A stretch of DNA of 64,000 nucleotides from Bacteroidales bacterium (GTDB lineage: Bacteria; Bacteroidota; Bacteroidia; Bacteroidales; JAAYJT01), in NCBI GenBank assembly GCA_034370405.1, contig JAXMKY010000161.1, forward strand, positions 28,955 through 92,954, in the 5' to 3' direction. The notes under the pieces are model-generated. The model did no database searches. It was given only the letters and a program-made list of their open reading frames with translations, and was not told the origin of the DNA. Shown piece after piece: positions 40,236-50,050 of this stretch (within the stretch, counting starts at the first letter, position 1; each line of letters begins with the position of its first letter). A program made the position numbers and the translations under genes.

Positions 40236-40607
40236 ATGGGAATCCGAAAATTTCTAACCCTGATTATTGCAGGCCTGGTTCTAACTTTGGTTGCCTGCGA
40301 ATACGAATTTATTGAACCGGACAATACGCTGGTGCCTGAAGATGTGCGTTTTGCCAAGGACATCATTCCAATTTTCAATGCAAGTTGTAATATGATTGGT
40401 TGCCATGCACCTGGTGCAAAATCTCCTGATTTATCAGCGGCAAATGCTTATAATGACTTGATTCAAAAAAATATGATTAATACCGGCAGCCCTGCTCAAA
40501 GCAAACTTTATAAATCAATCACAACCGGCAGTATGAAGAACTTTGCCTCAACTGCCCAGGCAAAAATAATCCTCGCCTGGATTGAACAGGGTGCATTGAA
40601 TAATTAG
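40236..40607 (+). CDS. small lipoprotein with a cytochrome-c-like CX4CH motif
   Basis: Lipobox LTLVAC. IIPIFNASCNMIGCHAPG resembles PSCyt-type haem sites but has four residues between the cysteines. Confidence 0.5.
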   Translation: MGIRKFLTLIIAGLVLTLVACEYEFIEPDNTLVPEDVRFAKDIIPIFNASCNMIGCHAPGAKSPDLSAANAYNDLIQKNMINTGSPAQSKLYKSITTGSMKNFASTAQAKIILAWIEQGALNN

Positions 40608-40668
40608 CTGCAAAATCAAGGCTTAAGGAACTATTTCACGAAAACAACCAATCTTTCAATATCTCAAT

Positions 40669-41583
40669 ATGAAAGCACGCCTCATAAGTAGTTTAGTAAC
40701 TTTAGGAAGATTTATGCTTGTGTTAATATTTTTGATACCATTTGCGACAGCTTTGGCACAAGAATCAGCAGAGCAGGCTAAAACAGAAAAAGATAAACGT
40801 CCGGTCAGGCGCCCCTTTGAAGGCAGTACGCTGATAGACAATCAAACCCCGGTCATTTATCCCAAAAATACTCTTGAGATGATTATTCATCACCGTTTTG
40901 GCCCGGTCAAGAATGGGGTTTCTGATCTTTATGGTATCTATGGCCCTTCAAATATTCGGCTGGGGCTAAACTATAGCATTACTAATAAAATAATGTTAGG
41001 CCTTGGTACCACCAAGAATAAAAAATACCAGGATCTGCAATGGAAATACAACATTTTACAACAAACCCGCTCAAACAGCATTCCGGTAGGTCTAGCATAT
41101 TATGGCAACATATCGCTCGATGCCCGCAATAAAGACTACTTCGGGGCTCAATATCAATTCACAAACAGGTTTTCTTACTTTTCGCAACTGATTATCTGGC
41201 ACAGGATTAATGATAAAATCAGTGTGCAGGTTGCGCCAAGTTTCTCGCACATTAACAGTGTTGATTCGGCCTACGAGCACGATAAAGTTGCAGTGTCATT
41301 CGGAGGGAAATTCAGATTCAGTAATCAAATGGCTTTTATTGTCAATTACGATCTGCCTTTACATCTTCAAGGAATTCAGGAGCATCTTCCGCTTAACATC
41401 AAACCCAGTCCCAATCTCGGTCTTGGTATTGAAATATCAACCAGTACCCATGTTTTTCAGATTTTCATAGCCAATGCGCAAGGTATATTGCCCCACGACA
41501 ATGTCATGTGGAACACAAATCCAATTGGCAAAATAGAAGGATACATGATTGGCTTCAATTTGACCCGAATGTGGGGATTTTAG
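40669..41583 (+). CDS. outer-membrane beta-barrel protein (small, DUF5777-like)
   Basis: Signal peptide ending in ALAQ, alternating beta pattern and a C-terminal ...LTRMWGF. Confidence 0.5.
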   Translation: MKARLISSLVTLGRFMLVLIFLIPFATALAQESAEQAKTEKDKRPVRRPFEGSTLIDNQTPVIYPKNTLEMIIHHRFGPVKNGVSDLYGIYGPSNIRLGLNYSITNKIMLGLGTTKNKKYQDLQWKYNILQQTRSNSIPVGLAYYGNISLDARNKDYFGAQYQFTNRFSYFSQLIIWHRINDKISVQVAPSFSHINSVDSAYEHDKVAVSFGGKFRFSNQMAFIVNYDLPLHLQGIQEHLPLNIKPSPNLGLGIEISTSTHVFQIFIANAQGILPHDNVMWNTNPIGKIEGYMIGFNLTRMWGF

Positions 41584-41614
41584 CTAATGTTTAACTCAAT
41601 AAATTTAAATAATT

Positions 41615-42040
41615 ATGAAAACTAAAAGTATGATTTTCTTTTTCGGGATATGCATTATGGGCATTAGTATGATTGGTCTCACTGTTCCCCAGGCTCAGCA
41701 ACAAATTCCGGAACCGTGGCCTGTGCCTGAAAATTTCAAAAAAATGAAAAATCCGGTTGATCCCGCCAACAAAGAAATGGCCACACTTGGAAGGAATGCA
41801 TACAATAAGCATTGCCGGTCATGCCATGGAAATAAGGGCTTAGGCGATGGACCCAGGGCAGCAAGTTTGAAGACCTTCCCCGGTGATTTTTCATCGGCCG
41901 AATTCCAGAAGTTCCCCGATGGCGAACATTTTTACAGAACAAATGTAGGAAGAGGCGAAATGCCCGCTTATGAAAAAACAATCCCTGATGTAGAGGAAAG
42001 ATGGGCAATTGTAAATTTCATGCGAACATTTAAAAAGTAA
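41615..42040 (+). CDS. class I monohaem cytochrome c
   Basis: Signal peptide, a single CRSCHG motif and a distal Met region (GRGEMPAY). Confidence 0.8.
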   Translation: MKTKSMIFFFGICIMGISMIGLTVPQAQQQIPEPWPVPENFKKMKNPVDPANKEMATLGRNAYNKHCRSCHGNKGLGDGPRAASLKTFPGDFSSAEFQKFPDGEHFYRTNVGRGEMPAYEKTIPDVEERWAIVNFMRTFKK

Positions 42041-42045
42041 GGACT

Positions 42046-42090
42046 AGAACCGTGCCCCTATGCTTTACCAATGCACGGTTCTTATATTTT
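42046..42090 (+). terminator. hairpin terminator after the monohaem cytochrome
   Basis: agaaccgtgc ... gcacggttct stem followed by a T-rich tract. Confidence 0.5.
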
Positions 42091-42106
42091 TATCTAAGAT
42101 TATTTC

Positions 42107-43105
42107 ATGTTGAAACAGCGGCTAGGAAAAAGAATGCGATTGTGGGTTAAATGGGTTATTTTGATTGCTCCGGTATTTGCCGGATGTTTAATTTCTAATG
42201 CAACCGAAAACATTGATCCTCAATTAGATGTTTCGCATCATGAATGCCTGCGATGCCATGGCTCTAACAGATATAATTTTGTGGATCCAACGAGCGGCGA
42301 ATCCGTTTCATTAAAAATGTACGAGGAATTGCGAATTGACCCTATGCAATATTCCAAAGCTACCCATGGTCATTTTGGGTGCACCGATTGCCATTCGCTC
42401 GATTATGAAATTCACCCGCATCCTATCAGCGTAAAGTTCGAACCCACATATTTATGTATGGATTGTCATGGCAATGATGAACGTTTTGTATCATTTAACT
42501 TTGAAACCATTGAAAACGAGTTTAATGCAAGCATTCATGCCGAACATCTAATTGAGCGGTTTAGTTGTTGGAGTTGCCATAACCCACACACTTACAAATC
42601 AATAGCGCGCAAGGCGGAAAATATATCCGGTACTGTTGCATATGACAATTCAATGTGTCTGGGTTGTCATGGCGACATAAGCCATTATGCCGTGCTTGTG
42701 GATCGGCAGCCCACCAATATGCTTTCAAAGCATGACTGGTTACCCAATCAGAGCCTCCATTTCAGAAAGGTGAGATGTATTGATTGTCACGCGCAAACAA
42801 ATGATGAATTATTGGTAGCACATCATGTTTTACCAGCCAGTAAGGCTGTCCGAAAGTGCGTGGAATGCCACTCTACCAATTCTATCCTGATGGCTTCGCT
42901 TTACAAGCATCTAAGTGTTGAACGGAGAAACGAATATGGTTTTTTCAATGCGGCAGTCACTAACGAGGCTTATATCATCGGTGCCAACAGAAATTATTAC
43001 TTTAATTTGATAAGCGTCATTTTATTTGTTCTTGTTTTAACAGCCATTTCAATTCATGCATCACTCAGGTATGTGCAATACAGAAGACGAAAAAATGAAA
43101 ATTAA
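42107..43105 (+). CDS. heptahaem c-type cytochrome with a C-terminal membrane anchor
   Basis: Seven CxxCH motifs (CLRCH, CTDCH, CMDCH, CWSCH, CLGCH, CIDCH, CVECH) and a C-terminal TM helix LISVILFVLVLTAISI. Confidence 0.85.
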   Translation: MLKQRLGKRMRLWVKWVILIAPVFAGCLISNATENIDPQLDVSHHECLRCHGSNRYNFVDPTSGESVSLKMYEELRIDPMQYSKATHGHFGCTDCHSLDYEIHPHPISVKFEPTYLCMDCHGNDERFVSFNFETIENEFNASIHAEHLIERFSCWSCHNPHTYKSIARKAENISGTVAYDNSMCLGCHGDISHYAVLVDRQPTNMLSKHDWLPNQSLHFRKVRCIDCHAQTNDELLVAHHVLPASKAVRKCVECHSTNSILMASLYKHLSVERRNEYGFFNAAVTNEAYIIGANRNYYFNLISVILFVLVLTAISIHASLRYVQYRRRKNEN

Positions 43106-43718
43106 AAAATTATATCTGTATCCGCTGTGGTTAAGAATCTGGCATCATGTCAATGCCGTATTAATGATTTTATTAATTGCTACCGGATTAAGCATGCAAT
43201 ATTCAGATCCAGCTTATCCGCTCATTCGTTTTGATATTGCTGTTAAAATACACAACATTGCCGGTATCTCGCTGACCGCCTCCTATTTTGTATTTCTTGC
43301 CGGGGTACTTTTTTCATCAATAGGCAGGTATTATGTGGTCAGAACCGAGGGTTTTCTAACGGCTTTTATTAATCATTTGCGTTATTACCTGTTTGGTATC
43401 TTCCGCGGAGAAAAAAGCCCGTTTAAAGTTTCAGAAGAAAATAAGTTTAACCCCGTTCAACTCATTACTTACAATGTAATTATGCATGCCATCGCACCAG
43501 TATCTTTTTTAACAGGATGGGCATTGATTTTTCCCGAAACAATTGTTCTGAACGTTTTTGGGTATAGTGGTATTATGCTTACCAGCCTGGTGCATTCCAT
43601 TGCAGGGTTTTTCATATCCATATTTCTGCTCATACATCTTTATGTTATTACCATTGGTGGGAATCCAACCAGTAATTTTAAGAGTATCGTAACAGGGTAT
43701 CACGAAGATCATTCATGA
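43095..43718 (+). CDS. membrane dihaem b-type cytochrome (HydC/FdnI/PhsC-like)
   Basis: Start at MKIKKLYLYPLWLRIWHHVNA. Four TM helices with conserved His residues. It overlaps the upstream gene by 11 nt. Confidence 0.75.
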   Translation: MKIKKLYLYPLWLRIWHHVNAVLMILLIATGLSMQYSDPAYPLIRFDIAVKIHNIAGISLTASYFVFLAGVLFSSIGRYYVVRTEGFLTAFINHLRYYLFGIFRGEKSPFKVSEENKFNPVQLITYNVIMHAIAPVSFLTGWALIFPETIVLNVFGYSGIMLTSLVHSIAGFFISIFLLIHLYVITIGGNPTSNFKSIVTGYHEDHS

Positions 43719-43788
43719 CATTTACCATATATTATATTGTATTTAAACAAACATTAAAAATCGAAGTAAAACCAAAAACCAAAGCATT

Positions 43789-44829
43789 ATGGAAAGAAAA
43801 CGCGCACTTTTAACTTTTGCAAGCTTGTTTCTTATGCTGTTTGCGAGCATAATGATATCCAGTTGTACGAAAGAAGGCCCCGAAGGAAAACCGGGGCTTG
43901 ATGGAATTGATGGTAAGGATGGCGCAGAGAGCTGCAGCGCTTGCCATAACCTGTCGGAAGTTTTACAAGCTAAACTTAGCCAGTATTCCAATTCAACACA
44001 TGCCAGCGGCGATAATGTGCACCGGAATAGTTCAACTTGCGCACGATGCCACACCAGTATGGGTTTCAGGAATTATATCAAAGATGGCACAATGGCTACA
44101 GTTGATAACCCCACACCCATCAATTGCCGCACCTGTCACCCTATTCACGAAACATATACTCCAAATGATTATAGTATAAGAAAAGCCACTCCGGTTACAT
44201 TAGCTGTTGGGGTAGGTACATATAATTATGGCAATTCCAATCTTTGCGCCAATTGCCATGAGGCCCGCACTGTAACTCCTTATCCGGTACTTGGAGGTAC
44301 AGATGTAACCATTACAAGCTCGTCTTATGGCGCGCACTATGGACCCCAATCCAATATGCTGGCCGGTATAGGGCCTATTCAGATTCCGGGGAGTATGACA
44401 TATATGAATTCTGCCCATACAACCCTTGTTACCGGTGGCTGTGTAACTTGCCATATGTCGCCAGCCACGGGAAACAGAGGTGGGGGACACACCTGGGCTG
44501 TGAAGTACTTATCTGCCAGTGGTACCGAATCTTATCAATACACCGGTTGTTTGAGCACGGGTTGCCACGCTTCTACATCTATTGTCACGGCTTTAATTAA
44601 CCCTAACCGGACAGAAATTACAGCTCTCATGGACCAATTATTGGCTAAACTGCAGGTAAAAGGCTTGTTGAATTCTTCTGCAAGCGTAACTACGCCTAAA
44701 ACCATGACCGCATTGCAAGCCGCTGCTGTTTTGAACTATAAATTTGTGTATGGTGACCATAGCTATGGCGCTCATAATTACCGTTTTTCTAAAGCGCTGT
44801 TGGTAAACTCTATTGAATCGCTCAATTAG
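43789..44829 (+). CDS. multihaem cytochrome c lipoprotein with a short collagen-like G-X-Y stretch
   Basis: Lipobox MISSC, GPEGKPGLDGIDGKDG, five CxxCH motifs (CSACH, CARCH, CRTCH, CANCH, CVTCH) plus CLSTGCH. Confidence 0.8.
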   Translation: MERKRALLTFASLFLMLFASIMISSCTKEGPEGKPGLDGIDGKDGAESCSACHNLSEVLQAKLSQYSNSTHASGDNVHRNSSTCARCHTSMGFRNYIKDGTMATVDNPTPINCRTCHPIHETYTPNDYSIRKATPVTLAVGVGTYNYGNSNLCANCHEARTVTPYPVLGGTDVTITSSSYGAHYGPQSNMLAGIGPIQIPGSMTYMNSAHTTLVTGGCVTCHMSPATGNRGGGHTWAVKYLSASGTESYQYTGCLSTGCHASTSIVTALINPNRTEITALMDQLLAKLQVKGLLNSSASVTTPKTMTALQAAAVLNYKFVYGDHSYGAHNYRFSKALLVNSIESLN

Positions 44830-44854
44830 TCATAAGGCTAACTAACCCTATGTA

Positions 44855-44888
44855 AAAAGCCGCCCAATGAAAATCGAGGGTGGCTTTT
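44855..44888 (+). terminator. rho-independent terminator
   Basis: aaaagccgccc ... gggtggctttt hairpin with flanking A/T runs. Confidence 0.6.
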
Positions 44889-45084
44889 AATTTATAGGTT
44901 TGTATAAATTATCTCAAAATACTGTTGCTGGATATAAACTCCTCTTGAAAGAAGGATAAGGTAATGAAGGTCTGTTTGATGAAGCATTGAAAGCGCTTCG
45001 AGCGCTTATATATGAGACTAAGTATTTGTTCAGCAACCAAGGCGGAGTGCATTTTAATTAAATCATCTCTAACATTATGGAGTC

Positions 45085-46587
45085 ATGAAATTACCACAAT
45101 CTGTTCGAAACTGGACATCATTACTTGGGGTTGTAATGGCCCTGTTGAGCCTCTCAAGTATTTTCTTCCTTTTTCTGATAACTATGCTTTTCGACAGAGG
45201 CAGCTCGTATCTTGGAATCTTTATATACATAATTCTTCCTGTTTTCCTGGTTATTGGATTATTGCTAATTCCAATCGGAATCTGGAGGGCTCATCGCCGG
45301 AGCCGGGAAAGCACCCTGAAAGACAAACCCTTGAAGTGGCCAGTTATTGATTTAAATGCCAAGAGCATACGTAATGCAACATTCATTTTTTTCTTTGGCT
45401 CTGTTGTCTTCCTGCTTTTAACAGGACTTGGCAGCTATGAGGCTTTTCACTATACCGAGTCCGTTGAATTTTGTGGTAAACTCTGCCATACTGTGATGGA
45501 ACCGGAATATGTTGCCTATCATAACTCCTCACATGAACGGGTTAAATGTGTCGAATGCCACGTGGGGTCAGGTGCCAGTTGGTATGTTAAGAGTAAATTA
45601 TCCGGCTTATACCAGGTTTACTCTGTAACTTTCAATAAATACCCGAGGCCAATTCCTGTACCTATTCACAACTTGCGGCCAGCAAGAGAAACATGTGAAA
45701 AGTGCCATTGGCCCGAAAAATTTTACGATCACAAAGTCAGAATGAAACGCTCCTACCTTGCTGATTATGAAAATACTGAGTGGGATATAAACTTGCTTAT
45801 GAAAACAAATGCCACCTACAGCGCATTGGGTCTTCAGGAGGGAATTCACTGGCACATTAACCCCGATGTAAAGATCGAATATGTGTTGGATCCGAATGAC
45901 GCGGGCAATATTCCTTGGGTGAGATATACGAACCGCAATACAGGTGAAGTACATGTTTACAACGACCCTGAATATACAGGAGGTGTTTTTGAAAAAGATT
46001 CTAAGAATGTGAGGATAATGGACTGCATGGAATGCCACAACCGGCCTTCGCACAATTACCAGGTGCCTCAGAATTTTATAGACAATCTCATCACTTCAGG
46101 CGCTATTTCGCGTGATTTGCCCGACATAAAATATCTTGCCATGGAAATTCTCAACCAGGAGTATGCTTTCAAAGACAGTGCATTTATCACAATTGATACC
46201 AAGGTAAGAGAATATTATTTGAGTATGTATGAGGAAATTCTCGAAACGCATGAAAAGGAAATAAACAAAGCCATTGCAGCTATACAACAAGGCTACAGCC
46301 GTAACATTTTCCCATACATGAAGGTGAATTGGAGCAATTACCCATCACATATGGGTCATATGGAAACCAACGGATGCTATCGCTGCCACAATGATCGCCA
46401 CAAGAGTAGCACCGGAAGAACCATCTCGCGCGATTGTAAACTTTGTCATAATATTCTGGCCCAGGGCCGGCCTGGAGAGATGAAATACGCAAATTCAAAT
46501 GAATCATTAGAATTCGAACACCCTATTGATATTGGAGAAGCCTGGAAGTCAACATTTTGCTCTGAGTGTCATTTTCGGTTATACTGA
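45085..46587 (+). CDS. membrane-anchored NapC/NirT-like heptahaem cytochrome (ImcH-like architecture)
   Basis: Two N-terminal TM helices. The NapC/NirT-type FCGKLCH...H....CVECH pair is followed by CEKCH, CMECH, CYRCH, CKLCH and CSECH. Confidence 0.75.
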   Translation: MKLPQSVRNWTSLLGVVMALLSLSSIFFLFLITMLFDRGSSYLGIFIYIILPVFLVIGLLLIPIGIWRAHRRSRESTLKDKPLKWPVIDLNAKSIRNATFIFFFGSVVFLLLTGLGSYEAFHYTESVEFCGKLCHTVMEPEYVAYHNSSHERVKCVECHVGSGASWYVKSKLSGLYQVYSVTFNKYPRPIPVPIHNLRPARETCEKCHWPEKFYDHKVRMKRSYLADYENTEWDINLLMKTNATYSALGLQEGIHWHINPDVKIEYVLDPNDAGNIPWVRYTNRNTGEVHVYNDPEYTGGVFEKDSKNVRIMDCMECHNRPSHNYQVPQNFIDNLITSGAISRDLPDIKYLAMEILNQEYAFKDSAFITIDTKVREYYLSMYEEILETHEKEINKAIAAIQQGYSRNIFPYMKVNWSNYPSHMGHMETNGCYRCHNDRHKSSTGRTISRDCKLCHNILAQGRPGEMKYANSNESLEFEHPIDIGEAWKSTFCSECHFRLY

Positions 46588-46792
46588 ACTCCATTCAAAT
46601 CAACCTTATTAAACCAGGAATTTAGAAATAATACAGAAATCATGCGAAGGAATGTCATGCCAACCTTTTGCCGATGGATGATTTACTTTGTATGAAGTTC
46701 TTCAGTACCATTTCCATATCCAAACAATAACCACCAACTTTTGTTAATAATTACCCAGATTATCTCTTTACTAATAAACATTTAATTTTCGG

Positions 46793-49700
46793 ATGAAAAA
46801 AATTGTCGAAGTATTCTTCTCTATGCTTACAACTGGTGTTTTGCTGGTTGTTTTCGCCTTTGGTATTGGCTATGCCACTTTCATCGAAAATGATTATGGC
46901 GCTCTTACAGCTAAAGTGTTGGTATACAACTCCTGGTGGTTCGAGGTTTTGTTGGTTTTATTAGTAGTGAACCTGATTGGCAGTATTCTCTTTAATAAAT
47001 TAATTTCCGGGAAACGGTGGGCTATTTTCCTTTTCCATTTTGCCTTCATCGTAATCCTTGCAGGCGCAGCCATTACCAGGTATTTTAGTTTCGAAGGAAC
47101 TATGCACATCAGGGAAGGTGAGCAAACCAACCATTTAATAACTGAGGCAACCTACATCAACATCACCACGACCCTTGGAGATGATGTTCACAGTTACTAT
47201 AAAGAAGTCAAATTTACTCCATATACAAAAACCCGTTTTAGCAAATCAATTTCTGTGGGTGGTAAGGAAATAAAGGTAACCAGCCTGCAATTTGTTCCGG
47301 CTGCTATCGAAACACTGGTTGATGATCCTGCCGGTGAACCTATCCTGGATTTTATGGCCGTAGATGCATTTGGTACACGTTACGACAATATCCTGAAAAT
47401 GAATGAAAGCAAGACCATTGGTTCGCAAACATTCAATTTTGGAGTAAGCAGTAATAGTGCTGTCTTAATGATTTTCGAAAATGAAGGAAATTTGTTTTTT
47501 AACAGTCCCGACACTGTGGCGCTCATCAGCATGGGACACGAGGAGATGCGGGTATTGGCGCCATCCCAAAATCATCCACTGATTGAAAAAACGATATACA
47601 GGACTGGAGAAATAACTTTTGTTATCAAACGCTATTCTCCCAAAGCAAAAGCACGCCTAATAAGTGTGCCACAGCATGGGGGCTCTATGGGAAGCAATGC
47701 ACTACATATGCGTGTTCAAAGCAATGGGCTTAGCAAAGACTTGTTTGTATATAAAAATCAAGGTGCTGAAGTTAAATCGGCCACCACTGAAATTGATGGT
47801 GTGAAAGTGATGGTTACTTATGGACCAATGATTCTGGAGCTTCCGGTAAGTTTGAGATTGAATGATTTTGTGCTCGAACGCTACCCCGGGTCGAACAGCC
47901 CATCGTCGTTTGCCAGTGAAGTAACATTGATTGACGAGGTTCATCAGGTAGAAAAACCTTATCGTATTTACATGAATAACATATTGAAATACAGGGGATA
48001 CAGGTTTTTTCAATCTTCCTATGATCAGGACGAATTGGGTACTATACTGTCAGTTAACTATGACTCAGTCGGTACCGCAGTAACATATTTCGGATACTTT
48101 ATTATGACTATGGGTATGATCTTCACTTTTTTCAGCCGCAGTTCACGTTTCAGAAGGCTGGTACGGTCTTCGGCAAAATTGCGGCTTAAACGCGAACAAA
48201 TATTTGCCCCACTCCTAATTTTAGGCCTGTTTCTTTCGGTTACACAATTAAGTGCCCAAACTTCCGCAAATGTTGTTTCAAAGGAGCATGCCCGCGAATT
48301 TGGTAAGCTTCAGGTCCAGAATATTGATGGAAGGATTGAGCCTGTAAATACCCTGGCTTCGGAATTTTTAAGAAAAGTGGCCAAAAAAAACAGCTATGAA
48401 GGGCTTACACCCGTTCAGTTATTTCTCGAAATGACCATTGAGCCTAAGGCCTGGTTGAGCGCTCCACTGATCAAGGTTTCCCATCCTGATATGAAAAAGT
48501 TGTTGGGCGTAGGTGGCGATTTTGCTTCATTGCACAACTTTTTTGGATCCAACCACGATAACAGTTATAAGCTGGGCACGTTGGTGGAACAAACTTTTGA
48601 GAAAAAACCGGTTCAGCGAACAAAATTCGACAAGGAAATTATAACTGTGGATGAGCGGGTAAACCTCCTTTATCAGATGTTAAACGGAACCCTCCTGAGA
48701 GTTTTTCCGGCTCCAGGCGATGACAATCAGAAGTGGGCTGATCTGACCGGAATATTGATGCAGGACGACCATACCATGTCTGACTTTGCATCTTCGACTA
48801 TGCGTGGTTATTCCACAGCGTTAATAACAGCCAGACAAACGGCTGATTACTCTGCCGCTTTAGAATACCTGAACCAACTTAAGTCAAAACAAGCAGATTT
48901 GGGAGCGGCAATTTATCCGTCTTCCTTTAAAACGGCACTTGAAGTTTTTTATATCAATTTCAATCTTTACAGCAAGCTTTCAAAGTTTTATGTACTCGCT
49001 GGTTTAATCTTGCTCGTGTTGCATATTCTTGTGCTGTTAAAACCTACGCTTAAGGTAAAGACATTTACCAAAACGGGGTTTTGGGTTGTGATGGCCTTGT
49101 TTTTGGTTCACACCGCAGGGCTAGGGATTCGTTGGTATATTTCGGGGCATGCACCATGGAGCAATGGTTATGAAACCCTTTTATATATCAGTTGGTCAAC
49201 GTGTCTTGCGGGGTTGATTTTTGCAAAACGCTCACCAATCACCTTGTCCGTAACTGCAATCCTCTCAGCGATAACACTGTTTGTGGCCGGGATGAGTTGG
49301 ATGAATCCGGAACTCACCAACCTGGTTCCCGTGCTGAAATCATTTTGGCTGATCATACATGTTGCAATTATCACAGCCAGCTATGGTTTCCTCGGAATGA
49401 CTGCATTGCTGGGCCTTGTAAACCTAATGGTGATGATCATACGAAACCCGCTCAACAGCACCCGTATTAACCTCACCATCAAAGAGTTGGGATTTATAAT
49501 CGAGATTGCCCTTATTGTTGGTTTGTTTTTATTAACCATCGGTTCTTTTCTGGGAGGTGTATGGGCCAACGAGTCTTGGGGTCGCTATTGGGGATGGGAT
49601 CCGAAAGAAACCTGGGCCATGGTCACTATCCTCGTATATGCATTTATAGTTCACACGCACAAAATACCGGGTTTCAGGGGTTCATTTGCGCTGAGTGCTT

Positions 49701-49915
49701 TTGCTCTAATTGGTTTTTCGTCAGTGTTGATGACATTTTTTGGCGTGAACTATTATCTCTCGGGCCTCCACTCCTATGCCCAGGGCGATCCCCCTCCTGT
49801 TCCGGCGGGAGTTTATATTACTGCGGTGATGGTTTTGTTTATCGTGGCAATGGCATATCTGTCGCAACGAAACCAGCAACGCACGGGCATAGAAATGTTA
49901 AATGGCGAAGATTAA
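46793..49915 (+). CDS. ccsBA: fused system II cytochrome c synthase CcsBA (ResB-CcsA)
   Basis: 1040 aa. The N-terminal half is ResB-like and the C-terminal half is CcsA-like, with the WWD motif WGRYWGWDPKETWA. Confidence 0.88.
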   Translation: MKKIVEVFFSMLTTGVLLVVFAFGIGYATFIENDYGALTAKVLVYNSWWFEVLLVLLVVNLIGSILFNKLISGKRWAIFLFHFAFIVILAGAAITRYFSFEGTMHIREGEQTNHLITEATYINITTTLGDDVHSYYKEVKFTPYTKTRFSKSISVGGKEIKVTSLQFVPAAIETLVDDPAGEPILDFMAVDAFGTRYDNILKMNESKTIGSQTFNFGVSSNSAVLMIFENEGNLFFNSPDTVALISMGHEEMRVLAPSQNHPLIEKTIYRTGEITFVIKRYSPKAKARLISVPQHGGSMGSNALHMRVQSNGLSKDLFVYKNQGAEVKSATTEIDGVKVMVTYGPMILELPVSLRLNDFVLERYPGSNSPSSFASEVTLIDEVHQVEKPYRIYMNNILKYRGYRFFQSSYDQDELGTILSVNYDSVGTAVTYFGYFIMTMGMIFTFFSRSSRFRRLVRSSAKLRLKREQIFAPLLILGLFLSVTQLSAQTSANVVSKEHAREFGKLQVQNIDGRIEPVNTLASEFLRKVAKKNSYEGLTPVQLFLEMTIEPKAWLSAPLIKVSHPDMKKLLGVGGDFASLHNFFGSNHDNSYKLGTLVEQTFEKKPVQRTKFDKEIITVDERVNLLYQMLNGTLLRVFPAPGDDNQKWADLTGILMQDDHTMSDFASSTMRGYSTALITARQTADYSAALEYLNQLKSKQADLGAAIYPSSFKTALEVFYINFNLYSKLSKFYVLAGLILLVLHILVLLKPTLKVKTFTKTGFWVVMALFLVHTAGLGIRWYISGHAPWSNGYETLLYISWSTCLAGLIFAKRSPITLSVTAILSAITLFVAGMSWMNPELTNLVPVLKSFWLIIHVAIITASYGFLGMTALLGLVNLMVMIIRNPLNSTRINLTIKELGFIIEIALIVGLFLLTIGSFLGGVWANESWGRYWGWDPKETWAMVTILVYAFIVHTHKIPGFRGSFALSAFALIGFSSVLMTFFGVNYYLSGLHSYAQGDPPPVPAGVYITAVMVLFIVAMAYLSQRNQQRTGIEMLNGED

Positions 49916-50027
49916 GAGAGAAATTGAAAGCCGCTTAAATGAACAACCCAACTAGCGCTGGTGCTGGCTAAAGAGGCGAACCGCATAAAAATTTCAGGAA
50001 TTAGATTGTGAATTTATTAAAAAGCTG

Positions 50028-50035
50028 TAATTTTG
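50028..50035 (+). promoter_or_regulatory. -7 promoter box TAATTTTG upstream of tRNA-Asn
   Basis: Matches TAnnTTTG and ends 16 nt before the tRNA 5' end. Confidence 0.5.
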
Positions 50036-50050
50036 CAGCCCGAAATAAAT

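Noticed and set aside
43056-43094. Upstream ATG (43056) for the b-type cytochrome
   Set aside because: That start lies deep inside the C-terminal TM region of the heptahaem gene. The ATG at 43095 (MKIKKLYLYPLW) gives a typical N-terminus and an 11-nt coupling overlap.
45012-45350. 112-aa ORF overlapping the start of the ImcH-like cytochrome gene
   Set aside because: It is an alternative frame over the TM-helix-coding region of the 45085 gene and has no features. The 45085 frame carries all the haem motifs.
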